In this document: piece after piece, positions 25,181 to 35,307 of the stretch
How the letters are laid out: every line of letters begins with the position of its first letter
Numbering within the stretch: the first letter of the stretch is position 1
Assembly (NCBI GenBank): GCA_026391835.1
Contig: JAPLDF010000075.1
Location: 384,422-448,421, forward strand
DNA: 64,000 bases
Origin: Bacteroidota bacterium
Lineage (GTDB): Bacteria; Bacteroidota; Bacteroidia; Bacteroidales; FEN-979
Direction of reading: 5' to 3'
Position numbers and translations under genes: made by a program
Notes under the pieces: generated by a model
Database searches by the model: none
The model's input: only the letters and a program-made list of their open reading frames with translations
Told to the model about the DNA's origin: nothing

Positions 25181-27124
25181 ATGGTTGATATTACCTTACC
25201 CGATAATTCGGTTCGTCAATATCCTGAAGGAGTTACAGGAGTAGATATTGCTAAAAGCATCAGCGAAGGGCTTGCCCGCAATGTGCTTTCAGTGCTGGTA
25301 AATGATGAGATCTGGGATGCAACCCGCTCAATTCCAAATAATTCAAAAATCAGGTTGTTTACCTGGAGCGATCCCGAAGGGAAAGCGACCATGTGGCATT
25401 CCTCTGCACATTTGATGGCAGAAGCCATTGAATTGCTCTATCCCGGCGTGAAATTCGGCATAGGTCCTGATATTGAAAATGGATTCTACTACGACATAGA
25501 TTTCGGAGATTATTCGATTTCTTCCGATGATTTTCCTAAAATTGAAAAGAAAATTCTTGAACTGGCCAGGGAAAAGCAGAATTTCCTTAGGAAAGAGGTT
25601 GCCAAATCTGATGCAATTGATTATTTCACTGCCAAGGGCGATGAATATAAGGTAGAGTTGCTCCAGGGTTTGGAAGATGGCCAGATCACCTTTTACGAAT
25701 CAGGCAAATTTACCGACCTGTGCCGCGGACCGCACATACCCGATACCAGCTTCATCAAGGCCATTAAGCTTTTGAGCGTTGCCGGCGCCTACTGGCGCGG
25801 CGATGAAAAGCGCAAACAGCTCACACGCATCTACGGCATTACCTTCCCGAAACAAAAGGAGCTTGATGAGTTCCTGGTGTTCCTCGAGGAGGCTAAAAAA
25901 CGTGACCACCGGAAACTGGGCAAGGAACTTGAACTTTTTGCTTTTTCCCAAAAAGTAGGCCTTGGCCTGCCTTTATGGCTGCCAAGGGGCGCCGCCCTGC
26001 GCGAACGGCTGGAGATGTTCCTGAAAAAGGTGCAGAAAAAAGCCGGTTATGAACAGGTTATCTGTCCCCACATCGGCAATGTTGAATTGTATAAAACCTC
26101 CGGGCATTACCAGAAATACGGCGAGAGTTCATTTCGCCCCATCTCAACCCCCATCGAGGGAGAGGAGTTCTTTCTCAAACCCATGAATTGTCCTCACCAC
26201 TGTGAGATATACAAGGTAAAACCAAGATCCTACCGCGACCTGCCTGTCCGGCTTGCTGAATTCGGCACAGTATACCGGTATGAGCAAAGCGGGGAGTTGC
26301 ATGGATTGACGCGTGTCCGCGGGTTTACCCAGGATGATGCACATATCTTTTGTACCCCCGAACAGGTCAAGGATGAGTTCAAAGGTGTCATGGATATCGT
26401 GATGCTGATCTTTAAAGCCCTTAATTTCAAGGAGTTTATTGTTCAGATTTCGTTGCGTGACCCGGAACATAAAGAAAAATACATCGGTTCCGACGAAAAT
26501 TGGGAAAAGGCCGAACGTGCAATCATGGAAGTTGCCGAAGAGCGCGGCCTGAATACGGTCATCGAGCTTGGAGAAGCAGCCTTCTATGGTCCGAAAATGG
26601 ACTTCATGGTGAAGGATGCCCTTGGAAGAAAATGGCAGCTTGGAACAATCCAGGTGGATTACAATTTGCCTGAACGATTTGATCTTGAGTACATTGGAAG
26701 TGACAACCAGAAGCATCGCCCGGTGATGATCCACCGTGCCCCGTTCGGTTCAATGGAAAGGTTTGTAGCTGTCCTCCTTGAGCATACTGCGGGGAATTTT
26801 CCGTTGTGGCTTACACCTGATCAGGCTATTGTGTTGCCAATCAGTGAGAAATACCAGGAATATGCAAAAAAAGTTTTTAATTTGCTAAATAATTCCGAAA
26901 TTCGCACCCTGATTGACGACCGGAACGAAAAGGCAGGCAAGAAGATCCGCGATGCCGAAATGATGAAAATTCCTTTTATGCTCGTGGTGGGAGAACGTGA
27001 AGAGAGCGAAGGAACAGTGTCGGTTCGCAAACATGGCCAGGGTGACCTGGGACCACAGAAAATAGAAGATTTTGTCAAATTCGTTGAAGCAGAGATCAGA
27101 AACGAATTTGGTGAAATCAGTTGA
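25181..27124 (+). CDS. thrS: threonine--tRNA ligase
   Basis: 647 aa with an N-terminal TGS-like region, the editing-domain motif (HSSAHLMA) and class II core motifs (FRxE-like [26 protein letters not shown]). Confidence 0.93.
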   Translation: MVDITLPDNSVRQYPEGVTGVDIAKSISEGLARNVLSVLVNDEIWDATRSIPNNSKIRLFTWSDPEGKATMWHSSAHLMAEAIELLYPGVKFGIGPDIENGFYYDIDFGDYSISSDDFPKIEKKILELAREKQNFLRKEVAKSDAIDYFTAKGDEYKVELLQGLEDGQITFYESGKFTDLCRGPHIPDTSFIKAIKLLSVAGAYWRGDEKRKQLTRIYGITFPKQKELDEFLVFLEEAKKRDHRKLGKELELFAFSQKVGLGLPLWLPRGAALRERLEMFLKKVQKKAGYEQVICPHIGNVELYKTSGHYQKYGESSFRPISTPIEGEEFFLKPMNCPHHCEIYKVKPRSYRDLPVRLAEFGTVYRYEQSGELHGLTRVRGFTQDDAHIFCTPEQVKDEFKGVMDIVMLIFKALNFKEFIVQISLRDPEHKEKYIGSDENWEKAERAIMEVAEERGLNTVIELGEAAFYGPKMDFMVKDALGRKWQLGTIQVDYNLPERFDLEYIGSDNQKHRPVMIHRAPFGSMERFVAVLLEHTAGNFPLWLTPDQAIVLPISEKYQEYAKKVFNLLNNSEIRTLIDDRNEKAGKKIRDAEMMKIPFMLVVGEREESEGTVSVRKHGQGDLGPQKIEDFVKFVEAEIRNEFGEIS

Positions 27125-27158
27125 TATAACGCGTTAGTATTCACTAATCATTGGAGGA

Positions 27159-27719
27159 ATTAAAATAGTAACACAATTCAGCGGCCCGCGACGTTATCCG
27201 AAACCGGGAAAAAAAGAAGAACCTTATAATATCAACCAGTGGATCAAGGCTCCGGTTGTACGTGTGGTTGGTGAAAATATCGAACCAGGCATCTACAACA
27301 TTCGTGAAGCCCTGAACATTGCCGAAGGAAAAGGTCTTGACCTTGTCGAAATATCACCCACTGCAAATCCTCCTGTTTGTAAGGTGATTGACTACAAAAA
27401 GTTTCTTTACGAGCTTAAAAAGAAGCAGAAAGAGATGAAGGCCAAAACCGCCAAGATCATTGTAAAGGAGATTCGCCTTGGACCGAATACCGATGAGCAT
27501 GATTTCAATTTTAAACTGAACCATGCGATCAAATTTCTGAAAGAAGGGGCAAAAGTGAAAGTGGATGTCTTCTTCAAAGGACGGTCAATCATCTACAAAG
27601 AACAGGGAGAGTTGATTTTACTGAAATTCGCACAATTGCTGGTGGAGGTAGGGAAAATCGAACAGATGCCCCGCCTCGAAGGCAAACGGATGATCATGAT
27701 CATCACGCCTAAAAAATAG
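27159..27719 (+). CDS. infC: translation initiation factor IF-3 (probable non-AUG start)
   Basis: The track ORF starts at GTG 27264 (VVGENIEPG...), but the frame is open back to 27138. The upstream in-frame codons encode ...[25 protein letters not shown], which includes the conserved N-terminal (R/N)IN-x-x-I-x-A-x-x-VR pattern of IF-3. The candidate starts in that upstream stretch are ATT 27159 and ATA 27165. Confidence 0.75.
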   Translation: MKIVTQFSGPRRYPKPGKKEEPYNINQWIKAPVVRVVGENIEPGIYNIREALNIAEGKGLDLVEISPTANPPVCKVIDYKKFLYELKKKQKEMKAKTAKIIVKEIRLGPNTDEHDFNFKLNHAIKFLKEGAKVKVDVFFKGRSIIYKEQGELILLKFAQLLVEVGKIEQMPRLEGKRMIMIITPKK

Positions 27720-27728
27720 TTTTGGTAA

Positions 27729-27801
27729 GGGCGGGTTCAAAACCCGCCCGCACCATAGACGGGTAGGAACCCGCCCGCACCATAGACGGGTAGGAACCCG
27801 C
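27729..27801 (+). repeat. 9-bp-stem hairpin followed by 2.3 copies of a 27-nt tandem repeat in the infC-rpmI spacer
   Basis: Hairpin GGGCGGGTT-caa-AACCCGCCC at 27729-27749. Unit aacccgcccgcaccatagacgggtagg occurs at 27741-27767 and 27768-27794, with a partial third copy at 27795-27801. Confidence 0.9.
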
Positions 27802-27853
27802 AGGAAAAATAATCATCAGTTCACTGTATATATCAATCAACAAAAAAGGTATC

Positions 27854-28048
27854 ATGCCAAAAATGAAGACCAAATCCGGCGCAAAGAAAAGATTCGCTCT
27901 TACGGGCACCGGTAAAATCAAACGGAAGCATGCTTACAAAAGCCACATCCTGACCAAGAAGACCACGAAACGGAAACGTAATCTTACGTATTCGACCACG
28001 GTTCACAAGGCCGATGAAGCCAATGTAAAAGAGATGCTCCAGGGTTAA
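27854..28048 (+). CDS. rpmI: 50S ribosomal protein L35
   Basis: 64 aa, [14 protein letters not shown]... Confidence 0.93.
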   Translation: MPKMKTKSGAKKRFALTGTGKIKRKHAYKSHILTKKTTKRKRNLTYSTTVHKADEANVKEMLQG

Positions 28049-28123
28049 TTTTTATTGTTTAACTTGTGCTTAGCTCCATAAGATTCCTGTAACCGGGAAC
28101 GCTAACGCAAAAAATCAGAAACC

Positions 28124-28471
28124 ATGCCAAGATCAGTAAATTCAGTCGCCTCGCGAGAGAGAAGGAAAAAAATCCTGAAGCGGGCCAAGGGACAATTCGG
28201 AAGAAGAAAGAATGTCCTGACCGTTGCGAAAAATTCAGTAGAAAAAGGGTTGTGCTATGCCTACAGGGATCGCCGCACGAAGAAACGGAACTTCCGGTCT
28301 TTGTGGATTACCCGTATCAATGCCGGTGTGCGGCTTTATGGAATGTCCTATTCCGTATTCATTGGAAAACTTGCTGAGAAGAACATCACCCTCAACAGGA
28401 AAACACTGGCCGATTTAGCCATGAACAACCCCGAGGCTTTCAAAGCCGTAGTTGACGAACTTAACAGTTAA
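28124..28471 (+). CDS. rplT: 50S ribosomal protein L20
   Basis: 115 aa, [23 protein letters not shown]... Confidence 0.93.
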   Translation: MPRSVNSVASRERRKKILKRAKGQFGRRKNVLTVAKNSVEKGLCYAYRDRRTKKRNFRSLWITRINAGVRLYGMSYSVFIGKLAEKNITLNRKTLADLAMNNPEAFKAVVDELNS

Positions 28472-28492
28472 TATACCAGGGAAAATCTTGTT

Positions 28493-28528
28493 AAAAGCCG
28501 TTCTGAGCAATCAGGACGGCTTTTTTTT
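28493..28528 (+). terminator. rho-independent terminator after rplT
   Basis: Stem gccgttctga/tcaggacggc (one G-U pair) with a gcaa loop, followed by T8. Confidence 0.8.
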
Positions 28529-29945
28529 ATTGCTTGCGGTATTTCAGATAGTTTTCAATAAACGTCCCTACTTTCTCCGCAGGCAACCGTTTGGCAATGA
28601 TCTCTTTCCTGTTGTTCAGAATGTAGATGACCGGCGTGGAAATGATATCGTATTGCTCATGGTAATCGCCTGTAAGTGTGCGCGGGCCATCAACATTGAT
28701 CCAGTTCATTTTCTTTTTCCGGATGGAGTTTTTCATTTTCACCATGGATGTATCTGAGCAGATTGCAAAAATCTCAATTTTGTATTTATCCTTGTTCTGA
28801 TCATAAAACTCTTTGATGAACGGGATCTCCTTTTCACAGTGACCGCAGTCTGGATCCCAAAACAATAAAATCAAAATTTCCGCATTGATGCTCTGCATGG
28901 AGACAAGGTTCAAATTTGTGTCCTGCATGATCATGTTGGGGGCGATGTGCCCGATCAGCAACGGGCGGATCTTGTTGGCTTTTTTAATGATATTTTCATT
29001 GACAGTTTGGGTTATCCAGGTTGTTTGTCCCGTAACGTAGTATTTGTCAACTATATGCACAAAAACTTTGTCGAATCCCATAAACTCGGGATTTTCATAC
29101 CGGTAGGTGGTAAACCAGACCAGGTACTTGAACATCTCGGGATTTGGTCTCGATTTTTCGATAAAGGCATCTACTTCCCGGATAACACTGTCGGGATTTT
29201 GAACCACGACATTGTCAAAGTACTTCTTTAACTTGTTGTGAAACACAGGTGTTCTAAGCAAACGATCATCGGTAAAATCGGAACCATCCCAGAAATGGGC
29301 CTTATAGTAACGGTAGCCAAACGTTGAATCGGGCCTTCCATTTGGAAGCAGCGGTGGTTCAGGAACTTCAGGTTCCTTCATGGCGTTGATCATGAAGGCC
29401 GTAAAACTGTCGGGATACCTGGCAACGATCCCGAGTTTGAATGCTATGAGGTCCTTGTTGATCGCATTGGCTTTATCCGAGTATATTTTTAATGTATCTT
29501 TCTGGTCTGCTGCAAGCTTTGATTTTTTCTCCAGCTCCTGGATATCGTCGAACCGGTCCCTGTTGTAGCGGAGATATTTATAAAACAGTTCATTTTCAGG
29601 CGAATCTTTAATGACCATCTTATTAACCGGATCGCTTTTAGCTGTTTCCATGGAGAATTTGTGATCGTTGTTGATCACAAAATCAAAGAAGATCTTATCG
29701 GTAATAACCATGACATACAACCCTTTGGGAAGATCGGCCGGGGCTTTATAGGTACAGCGCCCCGAGCCGTCAACTTTTAAGGTGTCCTTAATATAGGTCC
29801 CATTGCTATAGTAGTAGGCCACCAGGCAGGTTGTATCTTTTAATCCATTGATTTTGAACTTAATGTTATAGGTTGATTGTCCTATTCCCTGGTTCACCAG
29901 GGATATGAAAGTAAGGAACAGAATTGCAAGTTTAAGTTTCATCAT
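28527..29945 (-). CDS. secreted thioredoxin-fold (TlpA/AhpC-like) protein with N-terminal extension domains
   Basis: 472 aa with a signal peptide and a thioredoxin active site WDPDCGHCEKE near the C-terminus. Confidence 0.75.
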   Translation of the reverse strand: MMKLKLAILFLTFISLVNQGIGQSTYNIKFKINGLKDTTCLVAYYYSNGTYIKDTLKVDGSGRCTYKAPADLPKGLYVMVITDKIFFDFVINNDHKFSMETAKSDPVNKMVIKDSPENELFYKYLRYNRDRFDDIQELEKKSKLAADQKDTLKIYSDKANAINKDLIAFKLGIVARYPDSFTAFMINAMKEPEVPEPPLLPNGRPDSTFGYRYYKAHFWDGSDFTDDRLLRTPVFHNKLKKYFDNVVVQNPDSVIREVDAFIEKSRPNPEMFKYLVWFTTYRYENPEFMGFDKVFVHIVDKYYVTGQTTWITQTVNENIIKKANKIRPLLIGHIAPNMIMQDTNLNLVSMQSINAEILILLFWDPDCGHCEKEIPFIKEFYDQNKDKYKIEIFAICSDTSMVKMKNSIRKKKMNWINVDGPRTLTGDYHEQYDIISTPVIYILNNRKEIIAKRLPAEKVGTFIENYLKYRKQ

Positions 29946-29963
29946 GAATCTTGTAGTTAAGAA

Positions 29964-31517
29964 TTAAGCGGGGAGGTGTTCCCTCCTTAAAAGATCATTG
30001 ACAGTTTTTACCGGGTTAAAAGTTATAATGGGAACTTCTGCGAAAATGGTGATCCATTTTGCCATGGCGCCATTCCAGAGTCCGGGTAATTCCTGCGCTT
30101 TCAGTATTTTCCCCCCGCTCGACTTCAGGGAGATGAACCCGGTATTTTCATCTGCAAATTGAGCCAGGTCAAACGATTCCCCTTCAAAATTTTTGGTACT
30201 GCATACCAGGTCGACCGGGTTGAAATGGGTTGACTGGTGTACAATTGCCTTCTGGGCCGGATCATTCGCATCCACCTGCGATGCTTCAACGATCTGAAGT
30301 GACAACTTCTGATCATCTCCCATCACCCAAAATGGCCCCCCGCCAGGTTCTCCTTCATTTTTAACCATGCCGCATACCCGGATCGGCCGGTTTAAAGCTT
30401 CAAAAAGGAAACCAGCCTGGTCATTCAGTGGTTGCCGTGCCAGGTCGGCAGGCAGGTCGAGGAATAGTTTTTCACGGGAAAAGGTGATGATTTCATGCAG
30501 TTCTTCCTGGCTGACCTGCTGTTTATCTAATTTGACCAAAAACCCCGAAATAGTATCTTTTAAAAACAGCAGGTACCCGCCAAGCAGTTTTTTATATTGA
30601 AATGTTGTATTTTTCAGATGATCTGGCACAATGTTGTCGATGTTTTTAATGAAGATAAGGTCAGCGTCAATTTCATTCAGGTTTTCGAGCAAAGCACCAT
30701 GTCCGCCCGGCCTGAACAGGAGGGAACCATCCGGATTGCGCACAGGCTGGTTCGTTTCATCCACCGCAATCGTATCGGTTGAGGGTTTCTGGATGGAAAA
30801 GGTGATGTCGAAAGTTACGTCAAACCTTGATTCATAACTGCTTTTGACCTTTGCGAAAAGTTCCATGAATTTTTCCCGGTGTTCGGGAGAGATGGTAAAA
30901 TGAATTCGTGCAACCCCCTCGTGATCTCTGGTATATGCTGCTGCTTCAACAAGGTGCTCCTCTGCCGCAGTTCTCGAACCTTCTGCATATTGATGAAATT
31001 TCAGTAGCGCCTTTGGCAGGTTGGCGTAGTTGAGACCTTCCGATGAAAGTATATAATCGATGATGGCAGCGTATTCATGAATTTCCATGAGTTGACCGAT
31101 GGTCTTGCCCGAAGAGGCGACCACGGCCGACAAATCATTGCAAAATGCAATATCACGCAGGTGGGTTATAAAATAATGGACTGAATTGAAATGCTGATTT
31201 TGCAGGAAAAGAGCCTCTCCGGCAGCACCGGGAGCATAATCATCCCTGAACTCAAAGAGGTGCTTGAACATCCGGCTTGCGGCTCCTGAGGCAGGCACAA
31301 ATTTCACAACCGTTAATCCGGGTAACTCCTTTTCAAAATACTGGGGATAGAATTTTTGCTCCTCTTCGTTGAACATTAGCAGGCCATCACCGGTAACTGC
31401 AGGTCGTACAAGGCGGATAAATGGGAAACCGGTTGTGAAATGGCCGATTTGCTTCTGAATGAGTTGCAACTCCATTCCTCTTTGGTTGATTTGCAGAAAA
31501 TCCTGGTTATTGAACAT
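29964..31517 (-). CDS. conserved hypothetical protein (DUF4301-like, assigned from memory)
   Basis: 517 aa; N-terminal region FVPASGAASRMFKHLF. No characterised function known to me. Confidence 0.55.
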   Translation of the reverse strand: MFNNQDFLQINQRGMELQLIQKQIGHFTTGFPFIRLVRPAVTGDGLLMFNEEEQKFYPQYFEKELPGLTVVKFVPASGAASRMFKHLFEFRDDYAPGAAGEALFLQNQHFNSVHYFITHLRDIAFCNDLSAVVASSGKTIGQLMEIHEYAAIIDYILSSEGLNYANLPKALLKFHQYAEGSRTAAEEHLVEAAAYTRDHEGVARIHFTISPEHREKFMELFAKVKSSYESRFDVTFDITFSIQKPSTDTIAVDETNQPVRNPDGSLLFRPGGHGALLENLNEIDADLIFIKNIDNIVPDHLKNTTFQYKKLLGGYLLFLKDTISGFLVKLDKQQVSQEELHEIITFSREKLFLDLPADLARQPLNDQAGFLFEALNRPIRVCGMVKNEGEPGGGPFWVMGDDQKLSLQIVEASQVDANDPAQKAIVHQSTHFNPVDLVCSTKNFEGESFDLAQFADENTGFISLKSSGGKILKAQELPGLWNGAMAKWITIFAEVPIITFNPVKTVNDLLRREHLPA

Positions 31518-32213
31518 AAAGGGTACCTTAATAATTTCAGGACAAATTTATTTAAAAATAAAATGAAAACGGCGTCTATTATAAAGGTATTGTTCTCATT
31601 TTCGATAAACCTGTTTTCTCCAGGTGCCGACCTCCACTCTTATGCTTCCTGATCCGGGTCTCAAAACTGGAAGCCGGTTGGGCATGGATCCCATGCTTTT
31701 ACAGTCAGAAATAAGCTGAATTGGTCTTATCCATTTGTAAATGGTGATTTTGCAAGCAGAAATAAATTGACTATATTTATTTATTATTCAGTAATATATA
31801 TTGTTTATAAGAAGTTTTGCATCAAGTAAATAATAATTTGTTTTTCCTTTGGAATTCCAGATTCAAGGTGAATCCGGATGCTCTGAGATCATTCCCTGAA
31901 CAAGCCAGGACCGTGTATTTCCAAAGGACTTGAAAATAGTGTGTGTGCCATGCCCGGCAGTGAATTTGCTCACTTTTCATTCGTAACCGGGCACTAACAG
32001 GAATAAAGTCAAGGTATAACACAGTTTTTGCCGATCTTCAGCCATTGTCAGGGTAGGGTGGACAGATGAAAGATCGACAGAAAAAAGATCGCAAAACTAG
32101 AAAGGCTTGTTCAATGGTAAAAAAGTTTAATGGATTACTGGCAGTTTCCACTTTGAATAACCGGGAAATTCATCCATATTCTCGCCTGATTAAGAAAAAA
32201 AGAGCATGATTCA

Positions 32214-32245
32214 CTGTTTACAAATGTAATTACATTTGTAAACAG
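32214..32245. repeat. perfect 32-bp palindrome CTGTTTACAAATGTAA/TTACATTTGTAAACAG
   Basis: Read directly. Each arm contains TACATTTG, a match to the TAnnTTTG -7 box, pointing outward on each strand. A degenerate copy lies at 32546-32579. Confidence 0.95.
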
Positions 32246-32699
32246 TACACTTTCGAATGTAACATGTTGATAATTATCAATATTATGACAATGCACTTTT
32301 TGGTATATACAAGCAATAAAGGAACCGGGCTGAAGCTTGATCTCTATAAATTATAAGCTGGTATTCGGTTCCGGGACAATAACAACTATCAAAGTCCAGG
32401 ATAATGGTGTGTAATATTAATGAAAATGAATTAGTTACATGCATTGTTTGCAATGATTGTGTACTTTGTGCCAGATTAAGCATGGTTCCTGGATTTTTAT
32501 CACCGGTTATAAGACAATTGTTATTTAAATGAATAATAATGTGATTATACAAATGTAAATTACAATCGTAAACTGTATAAATTTATAAAAATTGATATGA
32601 TATTAAACATTATAACAGTGAATTATAGAATACATATAATGCAATAGTTTATGTATATGATATTTTTGTTTGTTGTAAACCGATGTCACCATATTTTAT

Positions 32700-32707
32700 T
32701 ACTTTTG
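32700..32707 (+). promoter_or_regulatory. -7 promoter box (TACTTTTG)
   Basis: Matches TAnnTTTG; lies 14 nt upstream of the ATG at 32722. Confidence 0.45.
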
Positions 32708-32721
32708 TAAAAAGCTTTAAA

Positions 32722-33129
32722 ATGGTTGACCGGATTTTGGAGTTGATGAAGGAGAAAAATCTTACACCTTCGCAGTTTGCTGATGAGATTGGGATACAGC
32801 GATCGGGAATGTCACACCTGATTTCCGGACGCAACAATCCCAGCCTTGAATTTATCATGAAGGTGTTGAAACGGTTTCCGGAAGTTAAGGCAGACTATTT
32901 GCTGTATGGCATCAGTGAAAGCTCACAGACAGCCAAAGAAACACCGGGGAATGAAAATGAATTCATCCCCAAAATTTCTCCTACGCTGTTTGACCAGCCC
33001 GAAATACCGGAAAGCAAAACTGAACCTAAGCCTCAGCGACCGGTTAAAAGGGAAAGGACGGAGCGGAAAATTGAGAAAATTGTTGTTTTTTACGATGATA
33101 AAACATTCAGGGAATACGAACCTGAATGA
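32722..33129 (+). CDS. XRE-family helix-turn-helix protein with a charged low-complexity tail
   Basis: Start moved to M14 of the ORF (MVDRILELMKEKNLTPSQFADEIGIQRSGMSHLISGRNNPSLEFIMKVL, an HTH_3-type pattern). Confidence 0.75.
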   Translation: MVDRILELMKEKNLTPSQFADEIGIQRSGMSHLISGRNNPSLEFIMKVLKRFPEVKADYLLYGISESSQTAKETPGNENEFIPKISPTLFDQPEIPESKTEPKPQRPVKRERTERKIEKIVVFYDDKTFREYEPE

Positions 33130-33133
33130 CGAT

Positions 33134-33553
33134 TTACACGCGTTCCAGTAAAGAAAAGAAGAAACTGGCTTCTCGCTCGGCGCTTTCATCGCTGTCTGAT
33201 CCATGTACTGCGTTTTCACTCAGGCTTTTACCATAAATTTTACGGATAGTTCCTTCTTCCGCCTTGGCTGGATCGGTAGCACCGATGAATTTACGGAAGG
33301 ATTCCACGGCATTGTCCTTTTCAAGGATTGCGGCGATGATAGGACCTGAGGACATAAAATCTGTCAATTCCCCGTAAAACGGCCGCTCCCTGTGCATTTC
33401 ATAAAAATAACCGGCCTGTTCCTTGCTCAGGGTTGTTTTTTTCAGGGCAATGATCTTATAGCCGCCTTCTTCAAATTTTGTAAGGATATTTCCGGTGTAA
33501 CCAGCCTTGAATGCGGATGGTTTTATCATGGTAAACGTAAGTTTTCCTGTCAT
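33134..33553 (-). CDS. ndk: nucleoside diphosphate kinase
   Basis: 139 aa, FTMIKPSAF...NAVHGSDS. Confidence 0.92.
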   Translation of the reverse strand: MTGKLTFTMIKPSAFKAGYTGNILTKFEEGGYKIIALKKTTLSKEQAGYFYEMHRERPFYGELTDFMSSGPIIAAILEKDNAVESFRKFIGATDPAKAEEGTIRKIYGKSLSENAVHGSDSDESAEREASFFFSLLERV

Positions 33554-33606
33554 AATACGATGTTATATTTGAGCAAACAAAATTACAATTATATTTTAAT
33601 TATCCT

Positions 33607-33614
33607 TAATTTTG
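33607..33614 (+). promoter_or_regulatory. -7 promoter box (TAATTTTG)
   Basis: Matches TAnnTTTG; lies 22 nt upstream of the TTG start of nrnA. Confidence 0.5.
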
Positions 33615-33636
33615 CACCCTTTAAATACCGAACTAT

Positions 33637-34656
33637 TTGGAAAATACTGACTTTACCCTTATTTCTGAGAAGATTTCACAACCTTTACGGATAATGATTA
33701 CCACCCATTCCAACCCGGATGGGGATGCAATTGGCTCAAGCCTGGCGCTTGCAGCATACCTGAAAAAGAAAAACCATTCAGTGAAAGTGATGGTTCCCGA
33801 TCCTTACCCTGATTTTCTGGCCTGGATGGACGGACACGAGGAAATCTTAATTTTCTCTGAAAAGGAAGGTGAATGCAAACTTGCAATTGATCAGGCTGAA
33901 ATGATCATTGCGGCAGACTACAATAACCTGGGGCGTCTCAACGCTGCAGGTGAGCTGGTGCGTCAATCAAAAGCCATTAAAGTTCTCATCGATCATCATT
34001 TAAATCCTTCAGACGAGTTTGATTACCAGATCTCCATCTCGAAAATTTCATCGACTTCTGAGATCATTTATAATTTTATTGAGAAGATGGGCGATCTGCA
34101 CCTGCTCGATAAAGGGATCGCGGAATGCATTTATGCCGGGATCATTACCGACACCGGCTCCTTGAGTTATGCCTGCAATTACATTAAAACATACCTGATC
34201 ATGGCCGACCTGTTCAGGCTGGGGATTGACGGAGAACACCTGCACAGGCTGATTTATGATACATATTCCGAAAGCAGGTTGCGGTTGCTTGGATATTCCA
34301 TCAGCGACCAGCTCGTTGTTCTGCAGGAATACCATACAGCTTTCATCACCCTGTCAAAGGAGGACCTGGCAAGGTTTAATCACCAGATAGGTGATACAGA
34401 AGGGGTGGTTAACTATGGGCTTTCCATCAAGGGTATTAATTTAGCTGCCCTGTTCATGGAACGTGATGGAATTGTAAAGGTTTCATTCCGGTCAAAAGGC
34501 TCATTTGCTGTCAACACCCTTGCCGCTGAGTATTTTAACGGAGGTGGCCACCGCAATGCCGCAGGAGCAAATTGTAAAACAACGCTCGAAGAGACTGTAA
34601 GTAAATTCAGGAAAATTTTGCCGTTGTATCAAACAATGCTTAAATCTGTATACTGA
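33637..34656 (+). CDS. nrnA: DHH-family oligoribonuclease / pAp phosphatase
   Basis: 339 aa with HSNPDGDAIGS, LIDHH and GGGHRNAAG motifs. The start is a TTG. Confidence 0.85.
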   Translation: MENTDFTLISEKISQPLRIMITTHSNPDGDAIGSSLALAAYLKKKNHSVKVMVPDPYPDFLAWMDGHEEILIFSEKEGECKLAIDQAEMIIAADYNNLGRLNAAGELVRQSKAIKVLIDHHLNPSDEFDYQISISKISSTSEIIYNFIEKMGDLHLLDKGIAECIYAGIITDTGSLSYACNYIKTYLIMADLFRLGIDGEHLHRLIYDTYSESRLRLLGYSISDQLVVLQEYHTAFITLSKEDLARFNHQIGDTEGVVNYGLSIKGINLAALFMERDGIVKVSFRSKGSFAVNTLAAEYFNGGGHRNAAGANCKTTLEETVSKFRKILPLYQTMLKSVY

Positions 34657-34657
34657 T

Positions 34658-35221
34658 TTGAACACCATCACATCCATTTCCTCCAGGTTGGTTTTGTGGC
34701 AGTTGTTTTTCCTGTTTTCAATTTTTTTTGTTGCATGCATTCAGACGCCCGACAAGGTCTCTTCCGGCACGGACATCAAACCGGCAGCAGATTCAATTGT
34801 TGCATTTAACCATGAGATTGTCAGGACTGAAATGCAGGAGATTGATGATTTTATCAACCGTTATCACTGGGAAATGACCAGGACGGAAACCGGTTTGCGA
34901 TACATGATTTACAATGCGGGGAAAGGTCCTTTCGTTAAAAAAGGCGACCTTGTGGAGCTAAAGTATAAAATCAGCCTGCTGAATGGCGATGTGGTCGGAT
35001 CCTCGGAATCTTCTTCAACATTGAGTGTTGAAATCGGAAAAAGAAATGTCGTCAGCGGACTCGAAGAGGGGCTTATGTTTATGAATAAAGGGACACATGC
35101 CAAACTGATCGTGCCTTCACACCTTGCATATGGTCTGCTTGGCGACATGGCAAAGATCCCGGCAAGAGCCGCACTTGTGATTGATGTTGAACTTTGTTCG
35201 GTCAGGACACCGAAAAAATAA
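34658..35221 (+). CDS. FKBP-type peptidyl-prolyl cis-trans isomerase lipoprotein
   Basis: 187 aa with lipobox FFVAC and an FKBP core (GDLVELKYKISLLNGDVV...GLEEGLMFMNKGTHAKLIVPSHLAYG). Confidence 0.85.
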   Translation: MNTITSISSRLVLWQLFFLFSIFFVACIQTPDKVSSGTDIKPAADSIVAFNHEIVRTEMQEIDDFINRYHWEMTRTETGLRYMIYNAGKGPFVKKGDLVELKYKISLLNGDVVGSSESSSTLSVEIGKRNVVSGLEEGLMFMNKGTHAKLIVPSHLAYGLLGDMAKIPARAALVIDVELCSVRTPKK

Positions 35222-35299
35222 TATTTTTCCCCTGGATTCATTGACATACAATATTGAAAAATCAATTGGCTCATTGTATATAGGTAAAGAGGAGTTTAC

Positions 35300-35307
35300 T
35301 ATCTTTG
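35300..35307 (+). promoter_or_regulatory. -7 promoter box (TATCTTTG)
   Basis: Matches TAnnTTTG; lies about 128 nt upstream of the ATG at 35436, implying a long leader. Confidence 0.4.

Noticed and set aside
27741-27801. Possible CRISPR array
   Set aside because: There are only 2.3 directly abutting copies of a 27-mer with no spacers, and no cas genes in the window. This is a tandem repeat, not a CRISPR array.
27709-27921. 70-aa minus-strand ORF (…[26 protein letters not shown]…)
   Set aside because: Its periodic sequence is simply the translation of the 27-nt tandem repeat and hairpin, and it overlaps the rpmI start on the opposite strand.
31822-32552. ORFs 31822-32022 (66 aa, -) and 32283-32552 (89 aa, -) in the long spacer
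   Set aside because: Low-complexity, Cys/His/Ile-rich sequences with no start context or motif. They are more likely chance ORFs in AT-rich DNA, so the region is treated as non-coding.
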